Shown piece after piece: positions 1-11,931 of a stretch of 64,000 nucleotides of DNA (its first letter is position 1; each line of letters begins with the position of its first letter). The position numbers and the translations under genes were made by a program. The stretch lies in assembly GCA_963721455.1 (NCBI GenBank), contig CAVRJG010000041.1, positions 59,665 to 123,664 on the forward strand, written 5' to 3'. The notes beneath the pieces are model-generated. The model saw only the letters and a list, made by a program, of their open reading frames with translations, had not been told where the DNA came from and did not search any database. The DNA is from an uncultured Methanosarcinaceae archaeon. GTDB lineage: Archaea; Halobacteriota; Methanosarcinia; Methanosarcinales; Methanosarcinaceae.

Positions 1-247
1 TTATCATGTCGATTCTCTCTTCTTCTACTGTCAGGAGATCAAATAAAAGGGTTGCAAGCCCATTTCTCTGAAGTTCCTGTGCAACGTACTGGTTGCGTGG
101 GCTATGGCGGCTGCTTCCGCTCCCGTGCACAAAAACGACAATTCCCTTTGCTTCTTCAGGAATATCCAGGTTTCCATCAAGATAAATTGAGCCACTTGGA
201 ATGCGGACTCCTGCATTCCTTTTACCCGTATCCGGTGATTCGCTCAT
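1..247 (-). CDS. Dienelactone hydrolase-like alpha/beta hydrolase, 5' part (runs off the window)
   Basis: Not in the ORF track. Manual translation from ATG 247: MSESPDTGKRNAGVRIPSGSIYLDGNLDIPEEAKGIVVFVHGSGSSRHSPRNQYVAQELQRNGLATLLFDLLT. The HGSGSSRHSPRN motif marks the family usually paired with a PRTase. Confidence 0.85.
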   Translation of the reverse strand, partial: MSESPDTGKRNAGVRIPSGSIYLDGNLDIPEEAKGIVVFVHGSGSSRHSPRNQYVAQELQRNGLATLLFDLLTVEEERIDMI

Positions 248-314
248 ATTAACCCCCCAAAAGACTTTATTATAAACCACAGGTCTGCAAGTGAGTAAAC
301 ATCAGGTTTGCCTC

Positions 315-980
315 TTACTTCGCCGGAAGGCTCCTTGCCTTATCCAGCAGTTCACAGACTTCTTCGTCGGCAGTTTGACTGAAATTCCCATACCAGGCTC
401 CGACCCCATAGAACGGTTCAGGTGTAGCAACACATATTACTTCATCGACCTCTTTTTCAAAGAACCTGCATGTATCAGGTGCAGCCGTAGGAACTGCAAC
501 CACTATTTTAGCCGGGTTTTTAGTTTTAAGGGCAGCAGCCGCTGCACGCATTGTTGCGCCTGTCGCAAGCCCGTCATCTATCAAAATTACAGTCGAGCCG
601 CTTATTTGCGGTTTGGGCCTATTCCCACGATAAGTGCGTTCCCTGCGTTCAAGTTCCCTGAGCTCATTCGCAGCTACCGTATCAATTACCCTTTCGGGTA
701 TCTGAAAAGACCTGACCACATCTTCATTCAACACCCGGATATTGTCAGAGGCAATCGCTCCCATTGCCAGCTCTTCATTTCCGGGTACTCCTAACTTCCG
801 CACTATAAAAACATCCATTTTTACATTCAGTTCCTTTGCAACTTCAAAAGCTACCGGGACCCCACCACGCGGAAGCGCCAGTATAAGTACATCTGGACGG
901 TTTGCATACTTTGAAAGTTCTTTTGCCAGCTTTCTTCCTGCATCGACTCTATCTTTAAAAAGTGCCATTAGCCCCTTCAA
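315..980 (-). CDS. Phosphoribosyltransferase family protein
   Basis: FKDRVDAGRKLA, LPRGGVPV and the PRPP-binding motif VILIDDGLATGAT. Confidence 0.9.
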   Translation of the reverse strand: MKGLMALFKDRVDAGRKLAKELSKYANRPDVLILALPRGGVPVAFEVAKELNVKMDVFIVRKLGVPGNEELAMGAIASDNIRVLNEDVVRSFQIPERVIDTVAANELRELERRERTYRGNRPKPQISGSTVILIDDGLATGATMRAAAAALKTKNPAKIVVAVPTAAPDTCRFFEKEVDEVICVATPEPFYGVGAWYGNFSQTADEEVCELLDKARSLPAK

Positions 981-1505
981 CCCCCATATTGAACTGGATT
1001 AATTGATAAGATAAGCTCTGTTAATTTATAGTATATATTTTCAAAGCTTTAAATATATAGATTATAAATTTAAGTTTAAACTATTATATAATTGCGATTT
1101 TGATACAATAGAGGCCAGGTGAAAGCAAAACTTTAAAAATATTATTCTATTTTCAGGTGACTTGCCTGTTTTGTAGCGGAGAGTAATATCTTGTTAAATT
1201 CATCTTAAGTTAAAAACGAGTATGTCCCCCCGTATTTGCGGAAAATGAAAAGGGATTCTCATGATTATGGTTTTCAATAACTCACCCAACGACCGAATCC
1301 GGCCTTTTGTGTATTATTGTGTCTTTACTCAGTTTGTTTTTTTGTTCCTGCTGAGGTATATGAATTCTTTTTTGGGACTTCTTAATTGTTCTCTACTCTC
1401 ATGGGCATAATTATTTAATTTCAGGTCACCAGTATAATTCAGATATATCCTGCTGAACTCTTTTTTCGCGCCCTCATTTGAATAAGTTCTCCTAAAGGTA
1501 ACTAT

Positions 1506-2141
1506 ATGAAACGCAACACAAAGGAATGGAAAGAAAAAAGGGCCGAGTTTCTCAAAGGCAAAACCTGTGCGTGGTGCGGGTCTTCCGATTCCCTGTGCAT
1601 CCATACTCCCAGGGCTTTTTCTCCGGCACACGTCAGCTCCGAGATTTATAGTGCTGCATATGCCAGGTTCAGGGAAGTTTATAGGGAAAAATACCAGAAA
1701 TTTGATTGCATGTCAACTGGCAAGCACCGTCATAAAAGCCACCCTGCCTGGCATAAAGCCTCGACAGTGCATAAAACCGAGCCTGACCATACTGACCTTG
1801 AAGAACAGTGTATTGAAGTGCTTGTAGAAGACTCAGGAGAAGGAAACTTCAAAAAGCTTTATCATGAATGGCTTGAAGAAAGCGGAATTAAAGAGCTGAT
1901 TGAAGAAGAGATTAAAAAAGCAGGGGAAGAATGCGAGTCTCTGACAAACGCAATTGCACTTTGCAAACGCTGTCATTTTGCAAGCCTCAGGGGTATGAAT
2001 CTCTGCCCTGTATGCAGGAATAAATATAAGTCCTTAAACTATGAGACCTGCTTTGATTGCCTGCCAAAAGAGAAAAAGGAGGAAGTTCTGGCAAGGCAAA
2101 AAAGAGAATTTTCCGGAGAATTCAGGGCAGATTCCCTATAA
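1506..2141 (+). CDS. Cys-rich hypothetical protein, HNH/zinc-finger-like
   Basis: CAWCG..LCIH, later LCKRCH, CPVC and CFDC. Confidence 0.6.
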   Translation: MKRNTKEWKEKRAEFLKGKTCAWCGSSDSLCIHTPRAFSPAHVSSEIYSAAYARFREVYREKYQKFDCMSTGKHRHKSHPAWHKASTVHKTEPDHTDLEEQCIEVLVEDSGEGNFKKLYHEWLEESGIKELIEEEIKKAGEECESLTNAIALCKRCHFASLRGMNLCPVCRNKYKSLNYETCFDCLPKEKKEEVLARQKREFSGEFRADSL

Positions 2142-2182
2142 ATCGTTTTTCGGCATGTATAATTTCTGGAAATATCTTTTTT

Positions 2183-2401
2183 TCAGAGAAGAGCCCAACC
2201 ACTTCCTCCACAGGCCCTGCAAGTCCCTATTTCCAGGCATCCGGCCCCATTGCAGAGAGGACATGTTATTGCAGGCTGGGCAACGAGCACATCTCCCTGC
2301 CCTCCGCAAGCTTCACAAGTTCCACTTTCAGCATGTCCGGTTCCGCTACAAAGAGAGCATTTTTCCGGAGCGTATTCGGTATCTATATACGTATGAAACA
2401 T
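2183..2401 (-). CDS. Small DnaJ-type zinc-finger protein
   Basis: Four CxxCxGxG repeats in 72 aa. Confidence 0.8.
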   Translation of the reverse strand: MFHTYIDTEYAPEKCSLCSGTGHAESGTCEACGGQGDVLVAQPAITCPLCNGAGCLEIGTCRACGGSGWALL

Positions 2402-2611
2402 CTTACCACCTTCAAAGATCCGATTGCAAAAATATTATCTGAAAAATCCTTTTGATACCTATTTTCGGCGTTCTGGGTTAAAAGATCTTGCAAAAAGATA
2501 AAAAGGAAAAAGTTATAACTGAATTGGCGGCTTTTCTTTTCTTTCAGTATCGGTGGGCTTTTCTCATCGGTGCCCCTAAAATATTTCATTATTTTTTGCA
2601 GCAAGTACGAT

Positions 2612-2930
2612 ACAAGGAGACAAGGTCATCAATATTGCTGGAGAGCACCCTGGGAAGATTGAAGAGTTAATGATCGATCCCGAAGATGGGAGAGTCGCAT
2701 ATTCAGTACTCTCTTTTGGAGGATTCCCGGATATTGGAAATAAACTGTTTGCTATCCCCGGGGAAGCTCTTCCAGTGAGGCCGCATGAGTACGTTTTCGC
2801 CCTTAATATTAGCAAGGAATCCTGGAAAAGGCAGAAGGCTTTGATAAGGATCACTGGCTTACGACTGACCGTGAGTGGCTTTCTTGCATGTACAGTTACT
2901 GTGGATACCAGCCTTAATGGCAGGTAGAGG
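2612..2930 (+). pseudogene. Degenerate PRC-barrel domain gene
   Basis: GDKVINIAGEHPGKIEELMIDPEDGRVAYSVLSFGGF..KLFAIP, frameshift near 2820 into LEKAEGFDKDHW, then a premature stop; no clear start. Confidence 0.7.
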
Positions 2931-3051
2931 TGCCGGGGCAGACAGAGACAACGAGAGAGAAAATAGAAAGGAAACTTTAAATATACTCGGGAGACCTGCT
3001 GTCATGTCTCCCAGAGCTTAGAGTCTCTTCAGGACTTTTAATTTTTACTGG

Positions 3052-4191
3052 TTATGCTTTACGAAATAATTTTTCTTTTTCTGTCAAAAGAGTTGCAAGT
3101 AGCGATTTTTTAATTTCTACCGCATTATTGGGGCAGAGTTCGCGACAGCAGTAACATAAAATACACTTCTCGCGATTGATCCTGAAGCTTCCGTCTTCAA
3201 GCCGTTCCACAGCATGGGGGGAGCAGTTCAAATAGCAAGCTCCGCAGCGGGTACATTTTTTCCTGTTGATCCTGGGATAAATGTTATAATATTTGCCGAG
3301 GCTGCGGGTCAGAAAAGTAGGAGCTGTGCTGACTCCTCCGCTGGATTGTTTGAATTTCATTTTGACTTCTTTCAAAGGCGTTCCGACCACAACCGGACAC
3401 TGGTTTCCGAAGCCTTTTTTGATGGCGCCTGCAGTTGTGGGTATCCTCAAGGGATCAAAGCCAATCAGTTCCGCAGCAACGATATCCAGGGAAACACAAT
3501 CCGGGCTTGCCAGGATTACACCGGAATTTACAGGCTTTCCATGAGAAGGTCCATTTCCTTCCATGCCCATAACCCCATCCATGACTGCAAAGGCGGGCCT
3601 GATAGCAGAGTATACGTCTGCAACAGCTTCCCCAAAAAGGTCTCTTTTTCCAAGAAGATGCATTTCTTTGCGGCATTTCAGGGGAAGGGCCCCGAAAAAG
3701 TTCTTGACCGCGCCTGTGTAATAGGTAAGTTCATGAGTTTTCAATTTTGGAAGAGATATCACTACATCGGCTTCAAGGACAGGATTTGCAATGTATAATT
3801 TGCGGAATTGCAGGGGGTCAGGAATATCTACCAGGGTAAAGCCCGCAGTTTCGAAATTTACTACCTGGGCCCCGGCCTTTCGGGCAGATTCCTCTATGCC
3901 TGAAGTTTTCAGGGCTTTTGAGGTGGTTCCTGGCCTTGAGATTCCAGCTCCGTCTCCGACTACAGGCTTTCCTCCTGCCTGAAGCACGAACTCGCACATC
4001 GAGGCTACTATGGAGGGATGAGTGGTTGCTGCACTCTCTGGAGGGCTGGCTGCAAGAATATTTGGTTTCAGAAGTACGCGGTCTCCTGAATGGATTACGT
4101 TTTCAAGGCCTCCGAGCAGGTCCAGAGCTTCTGCTATTGCTCTTTTTGTGTCAGAATAATCAGGGCAGCGGACTATGGAGACTTTACTCAC
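3052..4191 (-). CDS. DUF362 family protein with C-terminal 2x[4Fe-4S] domain
   Basis: VLLKPN, THP, PKLKTH, GAVKN, EGNGP; two CxxCxxCxxxC(P) motifs. Confidence 0.9.
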   Translation of the reverse strand: MSKVSIVRCPDYSDTKRAIAEALDLLGGLENVIHSGDRVLLKPNILAASPPESAATTHPSIVASMCEFVLQAGGKPVVGDGAGISRPGTTSKALKTSGIEESARKAGAQVVNFETAGFTLVDIPDPLQFRKLYIANPVLEADVVISLPKLKTHELTYYTGAVKNFFGALPLKCRKEMHLLGKRDLFGEAVADVYSAIRPAFAVMDGVMGMEGNGPSHGKPVNSGVILASPDCVSLDIVAAELIGFDPLRIPTTAGAIKKGFGNQCPVVVGTPLKEVKMKFKQSSGGVSTAPTFLTRSLGKYYNIYPRINRKKCTRCGACYLNCSPHAVERLEDGSFRINREKCILCYCCRELCPNNAVEIKKSLLATLLTEKEKLFRKA

Positions 4192-4281
4192 GGCTGGAAA
4201 ATAAATGGGCTTATTATTAAATTCCTTTCCGGTCCGAGTTCATTTGCCTTTTTTCTCGAACTTTTTTCTTAACTTTTTCTT

Positions 4282-4713
4282 TTATCGGTTTTTAATCCCT
4301 ATCATGGAATCTATTTCTTCAGCTATGTTTTCGAGTTCATCAAAAATCCTTTCCGAATCCTTTCGCATTTCTCCTACTGCAGCTTTCAAGCTGCCCCCCC
4401 GCAGGTATATAAGGCGTTTTTTCCTGTAAAGGAGGCCCGAATCGTTGAGGTTCCTGAGATGGTGGTTAACTCTTGATATTTTTATCTCAAGGTCTCCAGC
4501 AAGGGCTTCTGAAGAAGTTGCCTCGTCGTTTGAGAGTTTATCAAGCAGGCTAAAAATTATCCTGGTAGCTGTATTTTCGGTGTCCCTGCCCGAAGAAAAA
4601 CCGAAGCTATCACAGAACCATAAAAGGTCCTCTTCCAGGTTTTTTATATGCGGTTTTTCAATGTTCCTTAAAATGATCTCCTGAACCATCTGGGTAATAT
4701 TTTGGAGTTTCAC
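4282..4713 (-). CDS. ArsR-like winged-helix regulator
   Basis: HTH segment SSEALAGDLEIKISRVNHHLRNLNDSGLL; divergent from groES. Confidence 0.75.
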   Translation of the reverse strand: MKLQNITQMVQEIILRNIEKPHIKNLEEDLLWFCDSFGFSSGRDTENTATRIIFSLLDKLSNDEATSSEALAGDLEIKISRVNHHLRNLNDSGLLYRKKRLIYLRGGSLKAAVGEMRKDSERIFDELENIAEEIDSMIGIKNR

Positions 4714-4926
4714 ATATATATATTTTCTTCAGATTTGTAGATATCATTTCCATTTTTTAGTCATCATATTCATTTATCCTGGTAATTTTTAAATAGAAGT
4801 TTTGCATTATATGCAGATAGTTGGGCGTTTCACAGCTCAATACGTTCATCAATCCTATATTGACTATAACTACCATTTAATGTTCAGCTAATGCAGGATC
4901 ACTTGTGCATAGGGAGGAATAAAATA

Positions 4927-5211
4927 GTGATTATCAGACCTATTGGCGAACGAGTATTACTCAAACACCAGCAGAAAGAAGAAGTGACAAAAGGTGGGAT
5001 CTACATCCCTGAATCTGCAAGGCAGGATAAAAAGGAAGGAATTGTAATAGCCGTGGGGACTTTTGAAGACGGGAAGGAACTGCCCCTGAAAAAAGGCGAC
5101 CGTGTGATTTACGGGGGATATCAGGCCGATGAGATCGAATTAGATGACGAAAAGTATGTTTTTGTCGATTTTAAGGATATCCTGGCAACAATTGTGGACG
5201 AAAAATGTTGA
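4927..5211 (+). CDS. groES: Co-chaperonin GroES
   Basis: IRPIGERVLLK..TKGGIYIPESA..GIVIAVG; GTG start at 4927 after GGAGG. Confidence 0.95.
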   Translation: MIIRPIGERVLLKHQQKEEVTKGGIYIPESARQDKKEGIVIAVGTFEDGKELPLKKGDRVIYGGYQADEIELDDEKYVFVDFKDILATIVDEKC

Positions 5212-5292
5212 ATTCAGTCTGTTCTTAATAATATAATAGTGGAAGTAAACTCAGACTTAATCCAGGAAAATATCTGATATCAATCAAGGTGA

Positions 5293-6909
<1,617 letters not shown>

Positions 6910-7145
6910 TTTTAATTTTTTTCCTTTTCGTTTTCTTTCTTTTTTCTTTTTTTCTCCTTTCTTTTTCTTCTTCTTTTTCCTTTCCCTTTTCCTTTCCCTT
7001 TTCCACCTTCCTTCGGTTGCTTTTTCTTATTTCTCCTGCTTTTCCACTTTTTTCATATTCTCTTCGTTTTTTCGTTTTTCTTTTTTCGTTTTTTCTCCTA
7101 CTTGTTTTCTCTTTTCTCTGCATTTTTCAATTCTTACTTTCTTTT
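6910..7145 (+). repeat. Polypyrimidine low-complexity tract downstream of groEL (terminator region)
   Basis: About 235 bp almost entirely T/C on the + strand. Confidence 0.8.
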
Positions 7146-7332
7146 ATACGTGTGATGGAAATCGAGAACTCTTTTTATTTTACTTATGCACAATATATTT
7201 CTAATATCATACTTTATCAATAGTCATAATTATTGATTCGTCGCCTTATCATATTGCTGTCTATAAGCTCGGTCTATATCTCTAAAAGCAGTTTGCGATA
7301 GAATATTTCTTACTAAAAAGGTGAAAATAAGC

Positions 7333-8160
7333 ATGTTTGAAGTCTACTGTGACTCTTCCTACAATGAGGGCGAGGACTCTTATATCGGCTGTACTGTGCT
7401 TCGGGACGGCAAACAGATACACCAGTCTACAACAAAGGTTCCGGATGTACCTCAAAATAACCTTGACTGTGAACTTGCGGCCCTCAGTTTCGCTGTAACT
7501 CTGGCCAGGATTTTTTCCGAAGGCAACAGAGATATAATTATTTATAACGATTCTACTGAAGCCGTAAAAGCTTTCCAGAAGGAAAGGCCGGAAATCGAAA
7601 AGAAGTTTTCAGGGACCGGCATTAACTTTGAATATATTCCCCGGGAAAAGGTAAATCAGGCAATTGCAGACAGCTTATCTAAAAAATTTCCGGTATTTTT
7701 CCTGAATATTCCTACCTGTGAGGTGGAGTCTTTTTCACGGAGAGAAGATATCCTTTCCGACATCGCCCGAAATGAGCGCAGTGTTTTTTATCTTGAGAAA
7801 GTAGACGAAAAATCCACGAACAAAAAAACCTGTTACAGGCTTATGATCCGTACTCTGGAAAAAATCCTTTCAGGGGATAGGCTTTATCTCGTAAAAAAGG
7901 GAGGTCCAGGCACTCAGGTAAAAGCTGCAGAAGAGATAAGGAAAGATCTGTCCGATCCCTCAGTCATCTCCTCCCTGAAAGCAAAGGGTGTCAGGCTTGA
8001 AGACTCCTATTTCCTGCTGACGGATGAAACCTGGGGGCTTCGGGGTACGGACAATCAGACGTGTTCCATTCTGCCCGATTCCGTCCGTCACAGGATTATT
8101 TGTGACGAAGTAGACAGGTCGCCTCAAAATCTCTTCAGAAGGGTCGAACGTTTCAGGTAA
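7333..8160 (+). CDS. RNase H-like domain protein with extra C-terminal domain
   Basis: VYCDSS, NNLDCELAAL, IYNDS, IPREKVNQAIADSLS give a D-E-D-D RNase HI-type pattern. Confidence 0.75.
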   Translation: MFEVYCDSSYNEGEDSYIGCTVLRDGKQIHQSTTKVPDVPQNNLDCELAALSFAVTLARIFSEGNRDIIIYNDSTEAVKAFQKERPEIEKKFSGTGINFEYIPREKVNQAIADSLSKKFPVFFLNIPTCEVESFSRREDILSDIARNERSVFYLEKVDEKSTNKKTCYRLMIRTLEKILSGDRLYLVKKGGPGTQVKAAEEIRKDLSDPSVISSLKAKGVRLEDSYFLLTDETWGLRGTDNQTCSILPDSVRHRIICDEVDRSPQNLFRRVERFR

Positions 8161-8296
8161 TTTTTCTGTCTCACGGAAATTCCTTGACTATAACAGCTTT
8201 CCCTCTGGATATGTATGAGCCTTCACTAAAAAGGTTCAAACCCTATCTACAAATTCTGTATTCAATCCATAACCCAAAATCAAATCCTGAGAACCG

Positions 8297-8923
8297 GTGA
8301 AACCGATAGATTACAAGCTATATATTTTACTCACGATTTTTCTCAGCTGCCTGCTCCTCGTGAATCTCCTGGGAAGTAAGCTGATTGAAATCTTCGGTAT
8401 CGTAACTTCTTGTAGGGCTTCTCGGATATCCGCCTACTTTTCTTATTACGGATATAGTAGAAGAAGTTCAGGGAGAGGGGCTACCAGGATTTTTGTACAT
8501 GCCGGTTTCCTTTCCCTCTGTATTTCATTTCTTTTTGTGTCTTTAAGTACAGGCCTGCCCCCTTCTTCAATTTCCGGCAGCAGAAGACAAATGGTAGGCA
8601 TCTCTGGCTCAGGGAATAATCTTTCAACAATCGTTTCCCAGCTGCTCGATTCCGTTGTGTTTATGTTTCTCGCTTTCTATCGGCTGACTCCGGAGCTGGA
8701 TGTTGTTGCCGTCTTGCAGATGATTATGCCGTTCTGGACTCTTAAAGTGGGGTTTGCTCTCCTTGATACTCCATTTGTGTATCTCGGAGTCAGATGGCTT
8801 GCTTGCGAAAACGAGTCAAGGGGTTCCGACTCCGGAGAAAGCCGGGAAACTGGCCTGGTCGAAGTAGAAGCAGGTTCAATGCCTGAAAAAAGTCTGGACT
8901 CAGAAATCTCAGTTCGGGGATAA
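8297..8923 (+). pseudogene. Degenerate queuosine/archaeosine precursor transporter (YhhQ/VUT family)
   Basis: Motifs YPPTFLITDIVEEV and KTNGRHLWLR are in other frames; NNLSTIVSQLLDS and LDTPFVY are in frame; the central segment appears missing. Confidence 0.75.
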
Positions 8924-9048
8924 GCACCCAACATTTATGGGTATTACGACCTATATACCATAGGGGTGCTAAATTACGGTAGATTATCCTGAGATTGAGA
9001 TACGATCTATTGTAACAGAAATTCAACACGGTAAAGGGGTATGTAGGA

Positions 9049-9606
9049 ATGGCTGAAGAATCAAAAAAATCAGGCGAAGATGTGCGCGTCCGGTATACTG
9101 GCGTTCCTGAAGGGGAAATCTGTAAATCCTGTTTGGAGATGCCTGAGGAGCAGCGTAAGACTATGATTCTGGAAATTCAGCAGATGGCCGAGGAGATACT
9201 TAAAGCCCACAAAGTTATTACTGAGCTCAATGATCTTTTAAAGGGCGAATGGTTCCTTAAGCTTCAAAAACCCGGGTTTGAGAAGAAACTGGTTTTTGCA
9301 AAATACGGGGAAGAGATTTTCATAGGGTTTTATACCTATTCGGATGATCTCCCTATCCCTGATCCGAATCTTGTTTTGCTCTCACAGAACGGGTTCTGGT
9401 ATCCGCAGAGGATAGAGGAAAAGTTTGAAGAAACGGTTTCTTCCTTCTTCACAGGGGCTTATGGGGACTATGATTTCCTCAATATTGTCCCTGAAAACGT
9501 TGAAAAGTTCCAGGTTTTCCAGCGAGATTTTGCAAAAACACTTGAGAATCAGGGATGGGATAAACCGGATGTAGTGGTTCTCGAAAAAATCATGCCAAAA
9601 AATTAA
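9049..9606 (+). CDS. Hypothetical protein, DUF6908/DUF1249-like
   Basis: Pattern LKL..PGF..LVF..IGFY..PDP..WYP and C-terminal F...L.NQGW recalled from that family. Confidence 0.45.
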   Translation: MAEESKKSGEDVRVRYTGVPEGEICKSCLEMPEEQRKTMILEIQQMAEEILKAHKVITELNDLLKGEWFLKLQKPGFEKKLVFAKYGEEIFIGFYTYSDDLPIPDPNLVLLSQNGFWYPQRIEEKFEETVSSFFTGAYGDYDFLNIVPENVEKFQVFQRDFAKTLENQGWDKPDVVVLEKIMPKN

Positions 9607-9721
9607 AATTATAGTCAAGGCAGGAAATATTTACACATATCAACAGGAACAGTAACTGTAGCTGACACTTGAAATTGCAGTTAGTTGTCGAGTTGCCTGT
9701 AATCCCAAACAAAAAGATAAC

Positions 9722-9842
9722 ACACGGAAAGCACGGAAAACACGGACTAAAGGAGTTACGGGCACAGAAATTTCTGTGCTTTCCGTGGTTATAGTGTCTT
9801 GATTGGGTTCTTCGGTGCCCTTCTGTGTTTTTCGTAGTTATA
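9722..9842. repeat. CACGGAAA / TTCCGTG inverted-repeat cluster
   Basis: cacggaaagcacggaaaacacgga ... gcacagaaatttctgtgc, tttccgtggtt; weaker relatives near 32360-32395 and 60030-60090. Confidence 0.6.
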
Positions 9843-10111
9843 AAACCTGTAGTGATTTAAGTGTAAATGTTTACTTTTCAAACTATAATTGGTTTTTATA
9901 AGTGTAATTAATTCGTGAGTTTGCTATACTTCATAAAACTGGTTTCATCCCAGGAATCAGTTTTTTCTTTTTGTCCTATCAATTCTGGTTCTGTTTTTTC
10001 CCACAGAATATTTAAATATTGAAAGCGTACGCAGTTTCAGTATAGATTCAGCGATGTTACTTGCTTTTACCTCATCCCGTTTCACAATAATTGATTTTCA
10101 GAAGGTCTTTT

Positions 10112-11320
10112 ATGTTTTCGATAAACTCCGAATGCATCCTCTCAAAAAAATCTGAAGATATCCCTCCTTTCTATGTGATGGAAGTGCTGGAAAGTGCCCT
10201 GGCTCTGGAAGCTGAGGGGAGACACATAATCCATCTCGAGGTCGGAGAGCCTGATTTTCCTACGGCTCCTCATATCTGTGAGGCCGCCTGCGCTGCTATT
10301 GGCCGGGGGTCCACAAAGTACACTCACAGCCAGGGACTTCTTTCTCTCAGAGAGACAATAGTTGAGTCTTATCACCGGAAGTTCGGAGTCGACCTGAGCC
10401 CGGATCAGGTTATTGTGACTTCCGGAACAAGCCCAGGCCTCCTGATTGTTTTTATGGCCCTGCTTGAAAAAATGGACGAAGTAATCATGTCGAACCCTCA
10501 CTACGCCTGCTATCCGAATTTTGTGAAATACCTGGGCGGAACTCCTGTTTATGTCTACACGAACGAGACAAATGGGTTTGCCCTGGAACCGGAAACAGTA
10601 AGGCAGTGCCTGAGTTCCAATACAAAAGCCATCCTGATCAACAGTCCTTCAAATCCCGGCGGACATGTGATGTCTCCTGAAAGTTTGCAGGGCCTTGCCG
10701 CAATAGCGGATGAAAGAGGAATTCCTATTGTTTCGGATGAAATCTACCAGGGCCTGATCTATAGCGGAGAAGAGCATACTATCCTGGAATATACGGATAA
10801 CGCTTTTGTCCTGAACGGCTTTTCCAAACTGTATGCGATGACTGGCTGGAGGCTCGGCTACATTATCTGTCCCCCGGAATGTGTCCGTGCGATCCAGAAA
10901 ATCCACCAGAACTTTTTTATCTGTGCCAACTCCTTTGTCCAGGAAGCAGGAATCGCAGCTCTGAAAGGCTCCCAGGACCACGTTGCAGAGATGATCCAGA
11001 TCTACAACACACGCCGCCAGTATATGCTGAAAAGGCTCCTCGGAATGGGTCTGGATGTCCGCAAAGAACCAATGGGAGCTTTCTATGTCCTTGCCGATGC
11101 CCGCAAATACGGCACTGACTCTCTTGAATTAAGCCGCCGCATCCTTAACGAGGCTGGCGTTGCAGTTACGCCAGGGATCGACTTCGGAAACGGGGCAGAA
11201 GGTTACCTGCGCTTTTCTTATGCCAACAACCTCGAAAATATAAAAGAAGGTATGGACAGGTTGGAGGCTTTTTTAGAAAAAGAACTTGAGGGAGAACTTG
11301 AGGGAGAACTTGAGGGATGA
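10112..11320 (+). CDS. PLP-dependent aminotransferase class I/II
   Basis: GEPDF, NSPSNPGG, SDEIY, FSKLYAMTGWRLGY; ends in (ELEG)x3 encoded by a 12-bp repeat. Confidence 0.95.
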   Translation: MFSINSECILSKKSEDIPPFYVMEVLESALALEAEGRHIIHLEVGEPDFPTAPHICEAACAAIGRGSTKYTHSQGLLSLRETIVESYHRKFGVDLSPDQVIVTSGTSPGLLIVFMALLEKMDEVIMSNPHYACYPNFVKYLGGTPVYVYTNETNGFALEPETVRQCLSSNTKAILINSPSNPGGHVMSPESLQGLAAIADERGIPIVSDEIYQGLIYSGEEHTILEYTDNAFVLNGFSKLYAMTGWRLGYIICPPECVRAIQKIHQNFFICANSFVQEAGIAALKGSQDHVAEMIQIYNTRRQYMLKRLLGMGLDVRKEPMGAFYVLADARKYGTDSLELSRRILNEAGVAVTPGIDFGNGAEGYLRFSYANNLENIKEGMDRLEAFLEKELEGELEGELEG

Positions 11321-11931
11321 GATTTTTAGTTTCTGCCCAGTATCATCTGAAGTCCATCTATCCTTAATCTCTTTTCTTTTTCTCGCCTCAAAGTGAGAAC
11401 CTCGGTTGCTATTGAGTGGCTAAGAAGAAGATTGGATCTGGAAGGTATTAACCATTGGGGGTTGTGTGAAATATTCCTGTTTAAATTCATTAACATGATA
11501 AATATTTAGTAATTATTGTTTTAAATTGTTTTCATGTTTGATTAAAGAGTCCAGATCCTCTAGAGTTACCTTCAGATTAATGCAATTTGTTCCTCCCTTA
11601 ATAAGAGAATATAAGCATTAATGCTTTGCATCAGGATTTTTAAGCCTTTTTCTTTCTGAACCGTTCCTCTTCTAAATGCGAAGATTTGTACAACTCATAA
11701 ATATTTTATAGTATGATGCGTATTCTAAAGATCACTTTCTAACTTTATAATAAACACCTGTGTGCCCCCTCACAAACGATTATTGTTTAGACAGTCGTGT
11801 GTTTTATGCTGCTGATTTTTCAGTTTAACGATGTAATCCCCCTGTAATACAGTAACCATGCACGTGTTCGAAAACCCTGGGCGGGTTAGTTAGAAAGGTT
11901 GTGTTCTTGATAAAAGAATGGAGCCAGAAAT

